From a virus (taxonomy: Duplodnaviria; Caudoviricetes): a stretch of DNA of 64,000 nt. The DNA lies in IMG/VR virus record IMGVR_UViG_3300028805_000078, positions 1 to 64,000 of that record, one strand, 5' to 3'. Position numbers and translations under genes: made by a program. The notes beneath the pieces were generated by a model, which worked only from the letters and a program-made list of their open reading frames with translations, was not told where the DNA came from and searched no databases. Below, one piece after another: positions 48,501 to 57,332 of the stretch; the first letter of the stretch is position 1, and each line of letters starts with the position of its first letter.

Positions 48501-51500
48501 AATAAAAACATATCTATCAGACAATGATTTAGATCAAAATAGTGTTATTAGAAACTTTATGGCAAGTCAGGGAGAAAATGTAATAGCGAATCTTTTCTCT
48601 GAAACTACTACTGGGAGTATTAATGATGCGTTTGCTGCGCATATAATTAATAAAGAAAACGAAAAACAATTGCTATTGAGCGATAATACTTCTCCTGTAT
48701 ATTTGCAGCTTAAAAATGGCGCATTTGGAACAGAAGGCGTATATCAGGAAATAGCAAACGGAGATCATTTTGCAAAAGCGACAGAAGCATATGCGTATTT
48801 AAACGATGAATCAAATAGAGATAGAATTAGAAAAAATTATCCTGATCTATATAAAGAGTTGTATGATGAAAATGGTAAAGTCAGGTCCGGTGCGTTGTCG
48901 CATTTTACATATCAAAGCGGAAATCGAGTGTATGGATTTGGTACACCAGACTTTATTGATAGCGGATATTATTATGGAAAAAATAGTAATTTTGCAGGAA
49001 GTAAAGCGCTATTATTGAATTCGCTTCCCGGAGTATCTAATTTCGCACAACTTGAAGCCAACATGAGTGCATCTGGTGAATGGGATTACGTACAATCTTA
49101 TTTAGATTCTTTGGCTGGAACAGATAAAGGTGCTCAGCTTCAACGGCTAAAAGATACAAACGATATTGAAGGTTTCCGGAATTTCTTAATTACCGAACTA
49201 CAAAGTGGTTCTTTTGAAGAGATTAATAAGCTTTATGCCAATGCTCAGAAACAACGTAAGTATGCTGACGTGTTTTACAAGATGTATGAGCAAGGTCAGC
49301 TAAGTGGTGAAAACGTCAGCGAGCTCGGGAGTTTTGTTGGATACGACGTCAGTGGTTTGGCAGATGAAGATCTTAAAGCTCTGGCAAGACAGGCGTATCA
49401 ACAGGTCACGATGACTTATACTGATATCGGTATGCAGTATGCGAGCCAGATGATGGCAAACGCAATTTCTTCGAAAGATTACGAGAACTGGGCTAAAGAA
49501 AACAAAGGCAAGACATTTGCGGATTATATTGCGGCAACGGATAACGAAGCTGTGCGGGCGATTTATGAGAGCGCGCGCGCAAATGGATATACATTAAACG
49601 TAAACGCTGAAGGCACGGCGATCACATCTACGTTTGCCGGTATTCCTAGTTACGAATATACGAATCCTTTGATCAACAGAGATTTGTATACACCTGAAGA
49701 ATCAAGGAGAGCCGCGCAGGAATATTATAATATGATCCGTGGCGGCGCGAGTCAGGAAGCTTTGAAACAGTGGCTGAATGAAGATGCACAGCGGGCTTCG
49801 ATGATCAGTTCCGATTGGAAAGATCTTGTGACATGGAGCAACTTGAGTCAGGAAGAAAAGGACACAATCTACGGAAAGAATCTTGAGAGAAGAATAGAGA
49901 TCAATTTGGTTACGAGCGGTCTTACTGAGCTTGAAACGGCAGGCGAAATACTTGCAGGCATGGCGAGCTCCGCAGAAAAGATCATGAGCCTTAACAAAGT
50001 TGAAGCGCATGATGCAATGGAGCAGCAGTATGGCGAGATCCGTTCTTGGCAGAAGGCTGAGGCTGCGTATGATAAGCTTGCGAGAGGCGAGAGGCTTACT
50101 CCTGAACAATGGGAGGAAATCGCAAGAGGATATAACATAGCGGATATATCTGAATTCCAGAAAGGCATACGTGGATTTGATGAGCTTAACGCGTACAGAA
50201 ATGAGAAGAACCGGCAGATAGGAAACGGGTTTAACACAACAATCGAAGAGATGATAAAAGCAGGAAACAAAAGTAAAATTGCACAACCTGATCTTGAAAA
50301 TACAATTGATGAAACTCAAAACAATCTTGAAACAATTAATGAATCCGCAAATGTTGCGTTTAGCGAATATGATGAACTTATTACCCAATATCAAAAGAGT
50401 TTTGAACAAGAAAATGATCAACTTCAAGAGACAAATGAACAAATTAATAAAATATCAAATAAAATAAAGACACAGATAACAGATAAATTAAATAGTAAAA
50501 TTAGTGAATATAAAACTCCTTTAAAAAAACTTGATTATACTGATTTGGAAATTGATCGCGAAACACTTTCTAGTAAACTTAACATTCAACGAAATACACT
50601 TCCAGAAGTAAATGGTTTAATAGCAGAAACAGAAGCGGATTTAGAAAACTCAAAAAGTGAATTAGAAGTAATGGAATCAGAGTTATCTGGTTTAAAAGAT
50701 GAGTATAAAGTAATTGATACACAGTGGAGTGAAATTAATCACATTGTTCATAATCCGAATGAAATTGAATTGTCAGATGAAGAGAAAAACGAATATTATG
50801 ATAAAAGAGTTATTGAAATTTATGCTGCCGCAAGAGAAAAACAGCATGCAAACGCAATGATGGAATGGATTGCACATAATAACAATTTACAAGATATTAT
50901 AAATTTGGTTAGAAATGACGATTTTGAGCAGCTTATAAATGATAAAAATAATAAGACCACTTATGAAAAATATATACAAACCTTTGTGAATGATTATTTA
51001 AATGCACCATATTCGTGGGAAGAATATACTGATGAACTTGAACTTGTAAATACAAAAGGAAATTGGTTAAACAGAGAACAATTGGAAGAAGTTAGAAAAG
51101 CGAGGCGAAAAGGATACTCATTTGAAGAAATATTTAAAGATATGAAAGATATAGATTTGACAAGAACAGAAGAATACAAAAAACAATTTAGTGAATATAA
51201 TGATAGAATAAATGATGTAGTATCAATTAAATCAAGCGATGTTCCAACTGCTATAAGGTATATATATGATATAATAGATGAGCCTTTGGAATCGTTAGAT
51301 ACTATATGGAGTGATGCAAGCACCGAAAGTTTACGTATTTCAACAGACGAAGGATTGAATGAGTTATATGAACAGTTGAAATCGGACAAACTATCTGCAT
51401 ATCAAACACAATTAATTGATTTATACACGCAACTAACAGCTAAAAACACAGAAATAGAAGAGAAAGAAGGACAAATAAGGGATAAAAAAAGTGAAATTCG

Positions 51501-54500
51501 TTCACAACAAACTACGTTAAATAGCTATCGGCAACGAAAATCTGATTTGGAAGAAAGTATAAGTTTGTTTATTGCTCAAATAAAAGCAATTGACGAAGCC
51601 ATCGCAGAAGGAGAAATGAAATACAATGAAGCCGAAAATGATCGTGTTAATGTATTAGAAAAACTCTATTCCGTAGCGAACGAGTGGACAATGTTAGAAG
51701 CTGCGTGGTCTGATAATTTATCGTTTAGTGATTTGCCAGAAGATTTGCAAGCGTTTTTATTAGAACAAGACGAGGTAATAGGTTTATTTGAACAAAAGGA
51801 TCTTTTATCGAGCGAAGTTTCTAAGACAACAGCTCACAGATTAAATGAGGTAAAGCAATTAAATGATGTAAGGAGAACGGGCAAGTTCTATTCATTGATA
51901 CCTAAAGAGAAAAATACAACAATAAATAAAAATGCCGCAGTAGAATCTGTATCAAATATAAATACATTTATTCCTGATTTTGTAGATGATAATGGTAGAT
52001 ATTATAAGCTTAATGAAAATGGTAGATTTTATGAGGTAAATTCTAAAGGAGAAATGCTTGAAGGACTTGTAGCTGGCAGAGGTTTAACATATGAAGAAAT
52101 GTATTCTAGACGCTCCGATATTGCAAATTACATGAAGTATCTGAACAGTCTTGGATATTATATGAATAACAAAACAGGCAGACTCGAACTCGACGAGACA
52201 GGAAGAAAGACGGCGTGGAGTATCTCCGATGCGCAAACGGCTCGTGATTATATGCAAGGCGCTTACACGTATCAGCGGAATACTCTCTCCGCTGAAAACC
52301 TGAATACTGCGTATAGGACGTTGTACGAGAAAGCGCAGAGCAAAGGTTCGTATGATGATTTTCTTAATTCGTTAAATGAAGAAGAAAGATATGCGCTTCA
52401 ACAAATTATTGATACTTCTAAAGAAGCTGACTTTTTCGAAGATATTAATGGTAACCGGCTGCTATCAAAAGATGTTATACGAAACAGAGCGTATAGTGCT
52501 GGATATGAAACAAATAACGAACGATTTGACATATCGAATGCTAAAGTTAGAGAATATATTGGACAATTGATGCGTGGCGATAAAACATGGATCGATGAAG
52601 CAGAAGCATCTGGTTATGGTGATCAATATAAGTCAGCCATGCAGAACATTCTTGGTGACACGTATGATGAACTGTATCTCGCAGCAACAACCGACAACGA
52701 GGTAAGTAAAGGTCTTCGCGATGCCGCACAAAAAGCTTACGAAGAGAACAGAATTAATTATGCGACAAGATTCGATGAATACGCGAACGAAGGCCGTGAG
52801 TTGTATTCGAATTTGACGAGTGATAGAGCTTCTGTCAGAAGAAGCGCGAGACAAGAAATGATTGGTCGCGCACAAAATATCGCGGATGCAAGATGGGCTT
52901 TTGGACAGTATGAAAGCGGAGCAATTTATGACGATACAGTTATGTCGCTTCTCAGCAATGCTACCGGATATACTGTAAAGCAGCTACGTGAAAAGTACGC
53001 AAGCGGTCAAACGAATGACATATCTGTAGCAATTGATGAAAGCTGGAACGACCTTACGGAGACACTTAAACAAGGCGTTAAGAGCATGCTCAGCACCAAA
53101 GGCATTGAACTTGGAGACGGATTTGAAAACTGGTTAGATGTTGGCGCTATAGAAGAAGTTGTCGGTCAGCTTCCTGACGAAATAAGAGATTATATTGAGA
53201 GTGTTGTCAGCCTTATCGCCGATGTGCGCGAAAGTCAGACTGGTACACTTGAAGAATCGTTTACACAAGCTACAGAGCAAAAGAATAAAGACAGACAATT
53301 TCTTTTAAATCTACGCAGTGCTGAAAATGTAAGAGATTTTGTTAATGCAAGCTCGAGATCTGAAGAAGATTGGAACCGTTTCGTGTCACAGAATCCGGAA
53401 ATTGCAGGCGCTATTCTTGGTGGAATGGATAATGAATCAATTGTAAGTTTGATTAACTCTTCTCTTTACGGCGGTTCCAATTATCAGACTGCAATGAGCC
53501 TTCTTAATACAATGATGCCTGGTATGTTCAGCGGAGAGCTTACCGCGGATAAGATGCAAGAAACTTATGACGTCATGGCTCCAGAACAAAGAGAAGTATT
53601 TGATTCGTTCATGAACAAATACTCTTCGGTAGGCACGCTGATGCAAGCTATTAAAGATCCGACAATAAGTTTCGAAGAAGCTTTAAAAGGTGTAAACGAA
53701 GAATTTAGAAACTATGAATATGTTGAGAAGTACGGAGAAGAAAGTGAAACTGTCAATAAAACTGTAAAAGACTTCACAAAAAATGCGCGCACTGCTGTAC
53801 AAGCGATTGGTTCGATGACTACGAAAATTCATTCGTTGTCTTATCAAAATAAGCAATTGAACGATTCGATGGGTAAAGCCGGCAATCAATTAACGGATGA
53901 TCAGCTTAATGTTTTGTCAGGCATATACGGTATAGATCAAAGTGTTATAAAGGGTTATGGCGCTGACATGATTGACAACCTTGTGCAAGGTGCAAAAGAA
54001 AGTCTCAATGAACAGTATGCTCACGAAATTGTTGATCCGCTTATGGAATCCGTGAAGGCAGAAGTAGAAGGACTAAGTGACAGCCAGAAAATAGAGTTCG
54101 ATCAAATGGTGCATGTCGCAATGAAAGGCGACGGCGCTGTGGATGTATCCGAATTAGCGAACATTGCACATCAACTCGGACTTGATTGTGAAGCCGCTCT
54201 TAATGCGCTCGTAGGAACTGGTAGTGCAATCGAAGCTCAATGGGGATCTGATGGCAACAAGGTATGGTATAATATTATAAAAAGCGCGCTCGGTACAGGT
54301 GGAACCAAATCCGGTGGTGGTGGAGGCGGTGGAAAATCGAAGTTCCAGAAGTTCCTCACGGAACTTAAGAACAAGATAGCTGTCAGCGACCACGAGATCA
54401 AGATGATCCAGGCGCAGGAGACGAAGTATGAGAACCGCGGAGAATACGGAAATCTGAATGCAATGATCGAGCTCGAGAACGAGGCGCAGGGGCGTTACAT

Positions 54501-56049
54501 CGATAGGATGAAAGACGCAATCGAGCAGATCAAAGAACAGATGAAGACATTGAAGCAAGGATCTGACGATTGGTACACGGCGCGTGACGCGATATTCAGT
54601 TACGAGGAAGCGATCGAACAGGCTACACAGGCTATTGAAGACAATGAAAAGAAGATGAAAGAGAATCAGCAAGCGATATATAAAGCGCACACTGACGTTG
54701 AAGATACTGTAAGAGAAGAAGCGAGAAGGCGTGAAGAAATTCGGAGAAGTATGTTGTCTGCCACGGTAAATATGGAAGATACTATACTCGACGCGATTCG
54801 TAAACGCTATACTGACGAGTGGGATCTCATTCAGCGTGATATTGACAGGAAACGTCAGGCTCTCGAAGATGAAAAGAATCTTATTTCAGAACGTCTGCAG
54901 GCGCGCAAAGACGCGGAGCAGGAAGCTGAAAAGTATGAACAGCTCGCTGAGTATCAGCGTCAGCTTGCATACATCAGTATGGATCCTACAAGAACAAAAG
55001 ATGCTGCTGAACTTCGTCAAAAGATTACAGATCTTCAGAAAGAAATTGCTTGGGATACCGCAGAGAAGGAAGCACAGGCAGCTCAGGAAGTTATAGATGA
55101 TCAGCTTGAAACATATGAACAATATTCTGCGACCGGGGAGGAACAACTTAATGCATATCTTGAGGATGCTAATAATTTTGCAGACGAAGTAGAGGAGATA
55201 CTTAAAGGTTCTTCGAAGGACATTTCTGATTGGCTTTCTGCAAACATTGAAGAATTTAAACTTAGTCTTAAAGAACAGCGTGAAAATATGATTGAAGGCT
55301 GGAAAGACATGTATAAAGAAATGTATAATATAACGGATATGTATCATGATCTTGTTGCAGAAAAACTTATTGACAAAGAAACGTTTATGAAATATATGAA
55401 ACTCAGTGATGACTATATAAATGCTACAGAAGACATGCGTAAACAAATGGAATACGAATGGGAAACGATGTATGACGATTATATCGCTGCTTTAAAGACT
55501 GGTGCAACATATTTACATCTCGATGATTGGCTTACTTTAGGCGGAGATGGAAAGAAATCAGGCGGTGGCGGAGGAAGTGACGGAAGTGGAGGAGACACTG
55601 TAACAAGCGATGTTCTCAAAACAATAATGGAAAAAGTCAAAGAATCCTTGTTTGGAGGAGGTAAGGCTAATTCGTATATTGGTGGCGGAACTAATGAGGA
55701 TAGAGCTTTTGCTAAATATGCAAGTGGTGGCCTCGTAGACTATACAGGTCCTGCATGGGTAGACGGGTCTCCCCTACGTCCTGAAGCCTTCTTAGACGCG
55801 GAAGATACTGCGTTGATGCGCGGTTTCCTCAATGCTGCAAAGTATGTGTCAGTTCGCATGAACATGCCTTCTATTGATGACAGACTGTTTGGCGGCGCAT
55901 CTAATTCGGTTGGCGATGTTTACATTACAATCAACGAAGCAGAGATTAACAGTGACCAGGATATTGACAAGCTTGCTGAACGTGTTGGTGACAGTTTTGT
56001 GAAACAACTTTCAATGCAAGGATTCCATACGAGTAATTTTAGTTTTTAA
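39598..56049 (+). CDS. giant tape measure protein (5483 aa) fused to a two-barrel RNA polymerase domain and a PD-(D/E)xK nuclease domain
   Basis: Lies between the chaperone and Dit genes. Tape-measure core near nt 46500-47460, long coiled coils and C-terminal YASGGLVDYTGPAWVDG. RNAP motifs IEGTG, IRMPGVKG, LRFP, GDFDGD (nt 42685-42699), LGRISN, KTG. Nuclease motifs at about nt 43840-44470. Confidence 0.85.
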   Translation: MADNITMNFELTGVTKAISDVEKLVQVSGELAAPMREAKTAIGGVSEEISAIKEGFDLSSLSSGAASMPDMLQNSINAMAQALSQSAKQMQQAMKVSGGQLTEQLQIAQTYLAVNSRILNNNIQTARALLHDVSPTQRSAFNSSYTTAAQDAANVFRNFANTNGSAMSDRSLELMLRNNKIVSSGVSRMAKNTGAKEDLIYKSLVQTAAAPFMRREVIKDIQRLSGGLIDPTKIQAPKGNFYSRLPEQFRGLSTVITPSTEADISKFVRGNGIKAYKTIEGNKLYNELLNEITGNAHRKGNITLERALNAAGIQTRFKGGSQVGLPTRIDERTLAYVGGFLHRSLNNYLEGAPSYLANMSHLSDDDAERLGAKNGTVAREVDSAFRILAKAGVKDLLYTPNGARLPSVGNPKNIKYIYSKHLAPQGIRPDEFVIPSVTYADFGKGVLPTARDGLIRYSDSTNGKTTNKMISRNILTDLLGMQGNLTYGNGSKTNMGIPKLIYVDFGEDAYAKKDNGELDFDETGNVKYNDATKKIITDMFDKSKHSKTIRGSKYSYSVIKGGPNGDTNYVPISTKHGSVILAAEGDYDDPYSYVSMSKRSLDTFGVNVFDAFENMEEVVGTNKQRAKKMDTRNRSITPSIPFAEMQGWSIPGRSKTAILSMKDLFKLKDGDSDAVGIEGTGIISPGYIPDAAVIRMPGVKGSLLPVNLKNMVQKVYGNVESLYAPTVTASDDMKKAWHTGGIDAVVKQFGDSVLSNGQFVDVLKMDMLLSDDLLKSSFYTKGIKDGATHEQLVDRFYKVLEFMDLSGKNNPLQGIRAVQTAAGFQSQKDVLSNQVAQYLNMDFDTASMNQSRWTEHINKLKYNDQYAYDQLFKHEIDKQEDVMAAMLNPDSQIARKRREAIAKAEEDRMYGRLFGENEFMMGMAALNPFDFVKVLAERNGKGQKGLNVVNKEWFDKLGLTGKGGKAGIAAALGGFALASNIAGLRFPNNFGEQFPLLNNKEYIDSLKEFGMSPNAIYMNAATLRKMGTGDFDGDTVQLIKGKYADIIRQTFENNKDLIKWDEYGTRIGRLEEPKDVEENRPVNPEDWAQYLYRQAAARFRLGRISNASGAIGQVSSNDVLRSLYAKGALDLADQYDIDTTWIKTGVAANWSKNANKVKQYLGTPFSSVFKDMIGAVASGDYSKFGDLSKVNMPSIYNASSIALMEELTRSPLSSNAVDQLLKAQDSIQNLLTPEQMKQGHGTAFERARTEYFRARNKRIANAITGRGFIPSQEDDDALEALYASYRASAYETFRNSKSLGITQDEKDRIGRELRIQEEIHNAYKTFGLSHENVEKGLGYSGYVKNNAGNYVANNAYTQGQLDANPDLDKVNYGTALTMGGTLAEAGIQSTVRERQEAEAAQYARDTLFGTNPRRWSISNLRLYRRNAIDWYNHTVNDADIGNQGFDPFDTALGSAVHSRLESIINARLQKDLALSEPEILKGVERKERKDNGTVENNLIPLLKEAGLKNYFNENGELDFQFHVDDAAKLNKAIEFVKLASSADFLKDEDIVASEFKTTLDLGQYKHSARKGQDIATIGYADLVTYRHDKNHPENSGFIINEFKSHEANDDGREQTGVYGLSIEKLIQAGMINVDKLRARYGDSFNPRVVGIRTFGYLDENGAPMIIPFGEGTEQRQKAQEQMEAFGKDVSKIEEMAFSKEGLRAAIMAGRQDIVDDVFSFVPKVYKDQLEAEIGSDNSRESLHKARGALLSDETRKQDARTIAEAFSLRKDVDTYIDQLDSMYYELNREGIDAPKVKDKWGLKWSQINSSYDNKLQEFINRGLTSESEEIVSIKRARDRNITAYNSKLLEMAPKDLSDLKDRLNDSVSNIGKSRFVSENEKYKEKLNLMIEEQSSALNQLEKNKDQYAGNEDVYESSLARARANLEEVKQLRDSLVENSDIHLKINLEGDALRDLKQAQSILQQFGFNADNEGYAKELAMHNLKNTQISILESLGAKTVDEQANLLKNIKTNPDAYKDQLSPDLLKVLNLEEYDYDRYIEFQKQRKELQDRYNRGINEDRQRYFEEDLMHKANSINVSSGTIDQWQISSSRLNDKYNSTRKLYEQVNGLYSQRTDLMPGDVEYLNNLRDSVAEYERQLSVMQDAIEQAQENRDWYKKNITDRQDVQRIADINRKYEKQISQRNQPRFGNGLLGSFEKRLYAMRAERDDREYAISQLTEQRMQQQAIADRYTELKGKNGYKFSNEDQDKLDAASRSINELNAQIAGEQSALEGISGASGVAKAAMGALGDAFSRLSSMFGRRIFMKLLSEVTQFMKQYDTAMTNVRMITMKTSEEMDQVGASNFVTARRLKTDVVTVAEVKAGLYRQGLSDEEVEDRTDQVIKFAKVAGIKTETASKIMTTALKNGLVESAQEAMDVLAALGDSAATTADEIQKALQKVAATAHSTGMEYNELTALLTVALDKTQLSGNVIGTAMNTIMTRMRRVNETDYVKASNGEITTINDVDRALSRVGVSIRENGKMKDTVEILRDLSKVWGTIDNDMTKQNIVYAMAGRGAAATNTLYSVLEALGEDGGEAYEKALQTAMSANGTVDEKYTAYLDSYNASLQELNTSIDTLGNTIISSGIAQFFVDFATDVASLPGLIAIALPAITKMITGITVATGVMKTSTAGIIGFGVGAVAAAGFGIYKLIADARKRREEQNLRNEDLSNILNTNEQQNLQKQKSKIESYYDTIESFYDKYGNSANITEVAGQKEVEEFESAVSNLSTTLGTKFKTNIADALSDMGKFKDLIEEITKEVNDEKAKISKEQVTLAAQGNVSFGRNVSAWGGLSNIGTLAPGYDMLDAIYMQSLVDAGLINGYTVKGELINGRSFGLEDTRGNTKTVWGPHAINEIRYVDELVGQLYNGANQIGDAQNVLRANLKNQIVEYNDKYDLGYNEIENFTDVQIEEALKTIAAYSYLENLISKSDEIKTYLSDNDLDQNSVIRNFMASQGENVIANLFSETTTGSINDAFAAHIINKENEKQLLLSDNTSPVYLQLKNGAFGTEGVYQEIANGDHFAKATEAYAYLNDESNRDRIRKNYPDLYKELYDENGKVRSGALSHFTYQSGNRVYGFGTPDFIDSGYYYGKNSNFAGSKALLLNSLPGVSNFAQLEANMSASGEWDYVQSYLDSLAGTDKGAQLQRLKDTNDIEGFRNFLITELQSGSFEEINKLYANAQKQRKYADVFYKMYEQGQLSGENVSELGSFVGYDVSGLADEDLKALARQAYQQVTMTYTDIGMQYASQMMANAISSKDYENWAKENKGKTFADYIAATDNEAVRAIYESARANGYTLNVNAEGTAITSTFAGIPSYEYTNPLINRDLYTPEESRRAAQEYYNMIRGGASQEALKQWLNEDAQRASMISSDWKDLVTWSNLSQEEKDTIYGKNLERRIEINLVTSGLTELETAGEILAGMASSAEKIMSLNKVEAHDAMEQQYGEIRSWQKAEAAYDKLARGERLTPEQWEEIARGYNIADISEFQKGIRGFDELNAYRNEKNRQIGNGFNTTIEEMIKAGNKSKIAQPDLENTIDETQNNLETINESANVAFSEYDELITQYQKSFEQENDQLQETNEQINKISNKIKTQITDKLNSKISEYKTPLKKLDYTDLEIDRETLSSKLNIQRNTLPEVNGLIAETEADLENSKSELEVMESELSGLKDEYKVIDTQWSEINHIVHNPNEIELSDEEKNEYYDKRVIEIYAAAREKQHANAMMEWIAHNNNLQDIINLVRNDDFEQLINDKNNKTTYEKYIQTFVNDYLNAPYSWEEYTDELELVNTKGNWLNREQLEEVRKARRKGYSFEEIFKDMKDIDLTRTEEYKKQFSEYNDRINDVVSIKSSDVPTAIRYIYDIIDEPLESLDTIWSDASTESLRISTDEGLNELYEQLKSDKLSAYQTQLIDLYTQLTAKNTEIEEKEGQIRDKKSEIRSQQTTLNSYRQRKSDLEESISLFIAQIKAIDEAIAEGEMKYNEAENDRVNVLEKLYSVANEWTMLEAAWSDNLSFSDLPEDLQAFLLEQDEVIGLFEQKDLLSSEVSKTTAHRLNEVKQLNDVRRTGKFYSLIPKEKNTTINKNAAVESVSNINTFIPDFVDDNGRYYKLNENGRFYEVNSKGEMLEGLVAGRGLTYEEMYSRRSDIANYMKYLNSLGYYMNNKTGRLELDETGRKTAWSISDAQTARDYMQGAYTYQRNTLSAENLNTAYRTLYEKAQSKGSYDDFLNSLNEEERYALQQIIDTSKEADFFEDINGNRLLSKDVIRNRAYSAGYETNNERFDISNAKVREYIGQLMRGDKTWIDEAEASGYGDQYKSAMQNILGDTYDELYLAATTDNEVSKGLRDAAQKAYEENRINYATRFDEYANEGRELYSNLTSDRASVRRSARQEMIGRAQNIADARWAFGQYESGAIYDDTVMSLLSNATGYTVKQLREKYASGQTNDISVAIDESWNDLTETLKQGVKSMLSTKGIELGDGFENWLDVGAIEEVVGQLPDEIRDYIESVVSLIADVRESQTGTLEESFTQATEQKNKDRQFLLNLRSAENVRDFVNASSRSEEDWNRFVSQNPEIAGAILGGMDNESIVSLINSSLYGGSNYQTAMSLLNTMMPGMFSGELTADKMQETYDVMAPEQREVFDSFMNKYSSVGTLMQAIKDPTISFEEALKGVNEEFRNYEYVEKYGEESETVNKTVKDFTKNARTAVQAIGSMTTKIHSLSYQNKQLNDSMGKAGNQLTDDQLNVLSGIYGIDQSVIKGYGADMIDNLVQGAKESLNEQYAHEIVDPLMESVKAEVEGLSDSQKIEFDQMVHVAMKGDGAVDVSELANIAHQLGLDCEAALNALVGTGSAIEAQWGSDGNKVWYNIIKSALGTGGTKSGGGGGGGKSKFQKFLTELKNKIAVSDHEIKMIQAQETKYENRGEYGNLNAMIELENEAQGRYIDRMKDAIEQIKEQMKTLKQGSDDWYTARDAIFSYEEAIEQATQAIEDNEKKMKENQQAIYKAHTDVEDTVREEARRREEIRRSMLSATVNMEDTILDAIRKRYTDEWDLIQRDIDRKRQALEDEKNLISERLQARKDAEQEAEKYEQLAEYQRQLAYISMDPTRTKDAAELRQKITDLQKEIAWDTAEKEAQAAQEVIDDQLETYEQYSATGEEQLNAYLEDANNFADEVEEILKGSSKDISDWLSANIEEFKLSLKEQRENMIEGWKDMYKEMYNITDMYHDLVAEKLIDKETFMKYMKLSDDYINATEDMRKQMEYEWETMYDDYIAALKTGATYLHLDDWLTLGGDGKKSGGGGGSDGSGGDTVTSDVLKTIMEKVKESLFGGGKANSYIGGGTNEDRAFAKYASGGLVDYTGPAWVDGSPLRPEAFLDAEDTALMRGFLNAAKYVSVRMNMPSIDDRLFGGASNSVGDVYITINEAEINSDQDIDKLAERVGDSFVKQLSMQGFHTSNFSF

Positions 56050-56087
56050 TTAATGGGCGTTAGTGGGTGATTTATTGTCACTTTGAC

Positions 56088-56117
56088 ATGTAATCATTCA
56101 CTAACGCACTATAAGGG
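56088..56117 (+). promoter_or_regulatory. putative phage RNAP promoter (30-bp motif) upstream of the baseplate genes
   Basis: ATGTAATCATTCACTAACGCACTATAAGGG. Confidence 0.75.
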
Positions 56118-56249
56118 AAAGAAAAGAAAAATAATCCTCTTAAATCAGGTAGATTTTAAGAAGATTATTAAAAAGATTTAAGAGAATAAATCATAAGCCG
56201 CGTCATTAAAAGGCGCGGCTTTATCTATAACAAAAGGAGGTGAAGTGAT

Positions 56250-57329
56250 ATGCAATGCAGTTTCTCATTCTGCGGAAAAGATGTAACAGATATCGGACTG
56301 AAATACGCTCCCGATAACTCGAATACATACATTTATAATTCTGCAGAAACAAACATACAGGAACAAACATTTGAAGGGCACGACGGAGGATACTTTTATG
56401 GTGTAACAAAGCAACCGAAGGTATTCCAGCTTCGTTGTTACTATGAAGACGAAAGTGTTCTAAATGGTTTGATGACAAGGATATCTCATATGTTTAAAAT
56501 TGGGCGAAGCGGAAAGCTCGTGTTCACAGTGCGTCCTTGGTTATACTATGTGGCAACGGTTGTAGATGTTGATACCTCAAAACTTATCAATGCTAAAAAC
56601 GGACTGGTACTAATTACAATGAAAGCGTATTATCCTTTCGGAAGAACTGACGTTAAATATATCGATAAAGATGATCCGTATTCTGATGATATGTTAATGA
56701 ACAGTGCAATGTTCGAAGAGGATATTAATCCTGTTTGTTCGATAGGAACATCAACCTCTTCCCTATCGCATCCGTTGCTTATATATAATGGCGGAACAGA
56801 AAGAGCTGCCGTTAAGGTGGATATAGCCGGAGATGTTGGAAGCGGTGTAACAATCTATAACGAGACAACCGGACAGGAAATGGAATTCATGGGGCTTCAT
56901 GAAGGCAGTACTTCTGAATACGTTGAGTGTGATGGATTAACAGGTAATTGCTATTGGGTATCAAACAACCAAGCAAAGAACGGAAAGAATGCATTCATAT
57001 ATCACTCACAAGGATTTATAGAACTCGAACCCGGTTACCCGCTCGTAAGAGATATAGATATTAAAACAACTGCTTCGAGTAATATTATAGAAACGGAGCT
57101 CAACGATTTTACTGAAGATATGATAGATCACTACATTTATGCAGACGGAGAGTTTAGAAGGATTACTTCAATTTCTGAAGATGGTAAAAGTATAAATGTA
57201 GATTCGAATTGTACGAATACAGCTGAAGAGCAAACCGTTGTAGCGAAAATGAATAGAATATTTGTGACGCCTGATACAACAATGAACCTGAGTTATCTTG
57301 CGTTCAAGTATGCGCATACGTTCAGTTAA
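56250..57329 (+). CDS. distal tail protein (Dit)
   Basis: Follows the tape measure gene; FSFCG..GL, G.DG.YFYG, GKLVF, YPFG, IYNGG, ELEPG pattern. Confidence 0.75.
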   Translation: MQCSFSFCGKDVTDIGLKYAPDNSNTYIYNSAETNIQEQTFEGHDGGYFYGVTKQPKVFQLRCYYEDESVLNGLMTRISHMFKIGRSGKLVFTVRPWLYYVATVVDVDTSKLINAKNGLVLITMKAYYPFGRTDVKYIDKDDPYSDDMLMNSAMFEEDINPVCSIGTSTSSLSHPLLIYNGGTERAAVKVDIAGDVGSGVTIYNETTGQEMEFMGLHEGSTSEYVECDGLTGNCYWVSNNQAKNGKNAFIYHSQGFIELEPGYPLVRDIDIKTTASSNIIETELNDFTEDMIDHYIYADGEFRRITSISEDGKSINVDSNCTNTAEEQTVVAKMNRIFVTPDTTMNLSYLAFKYAHTFS

Positions 57330-57332
57330 GGA

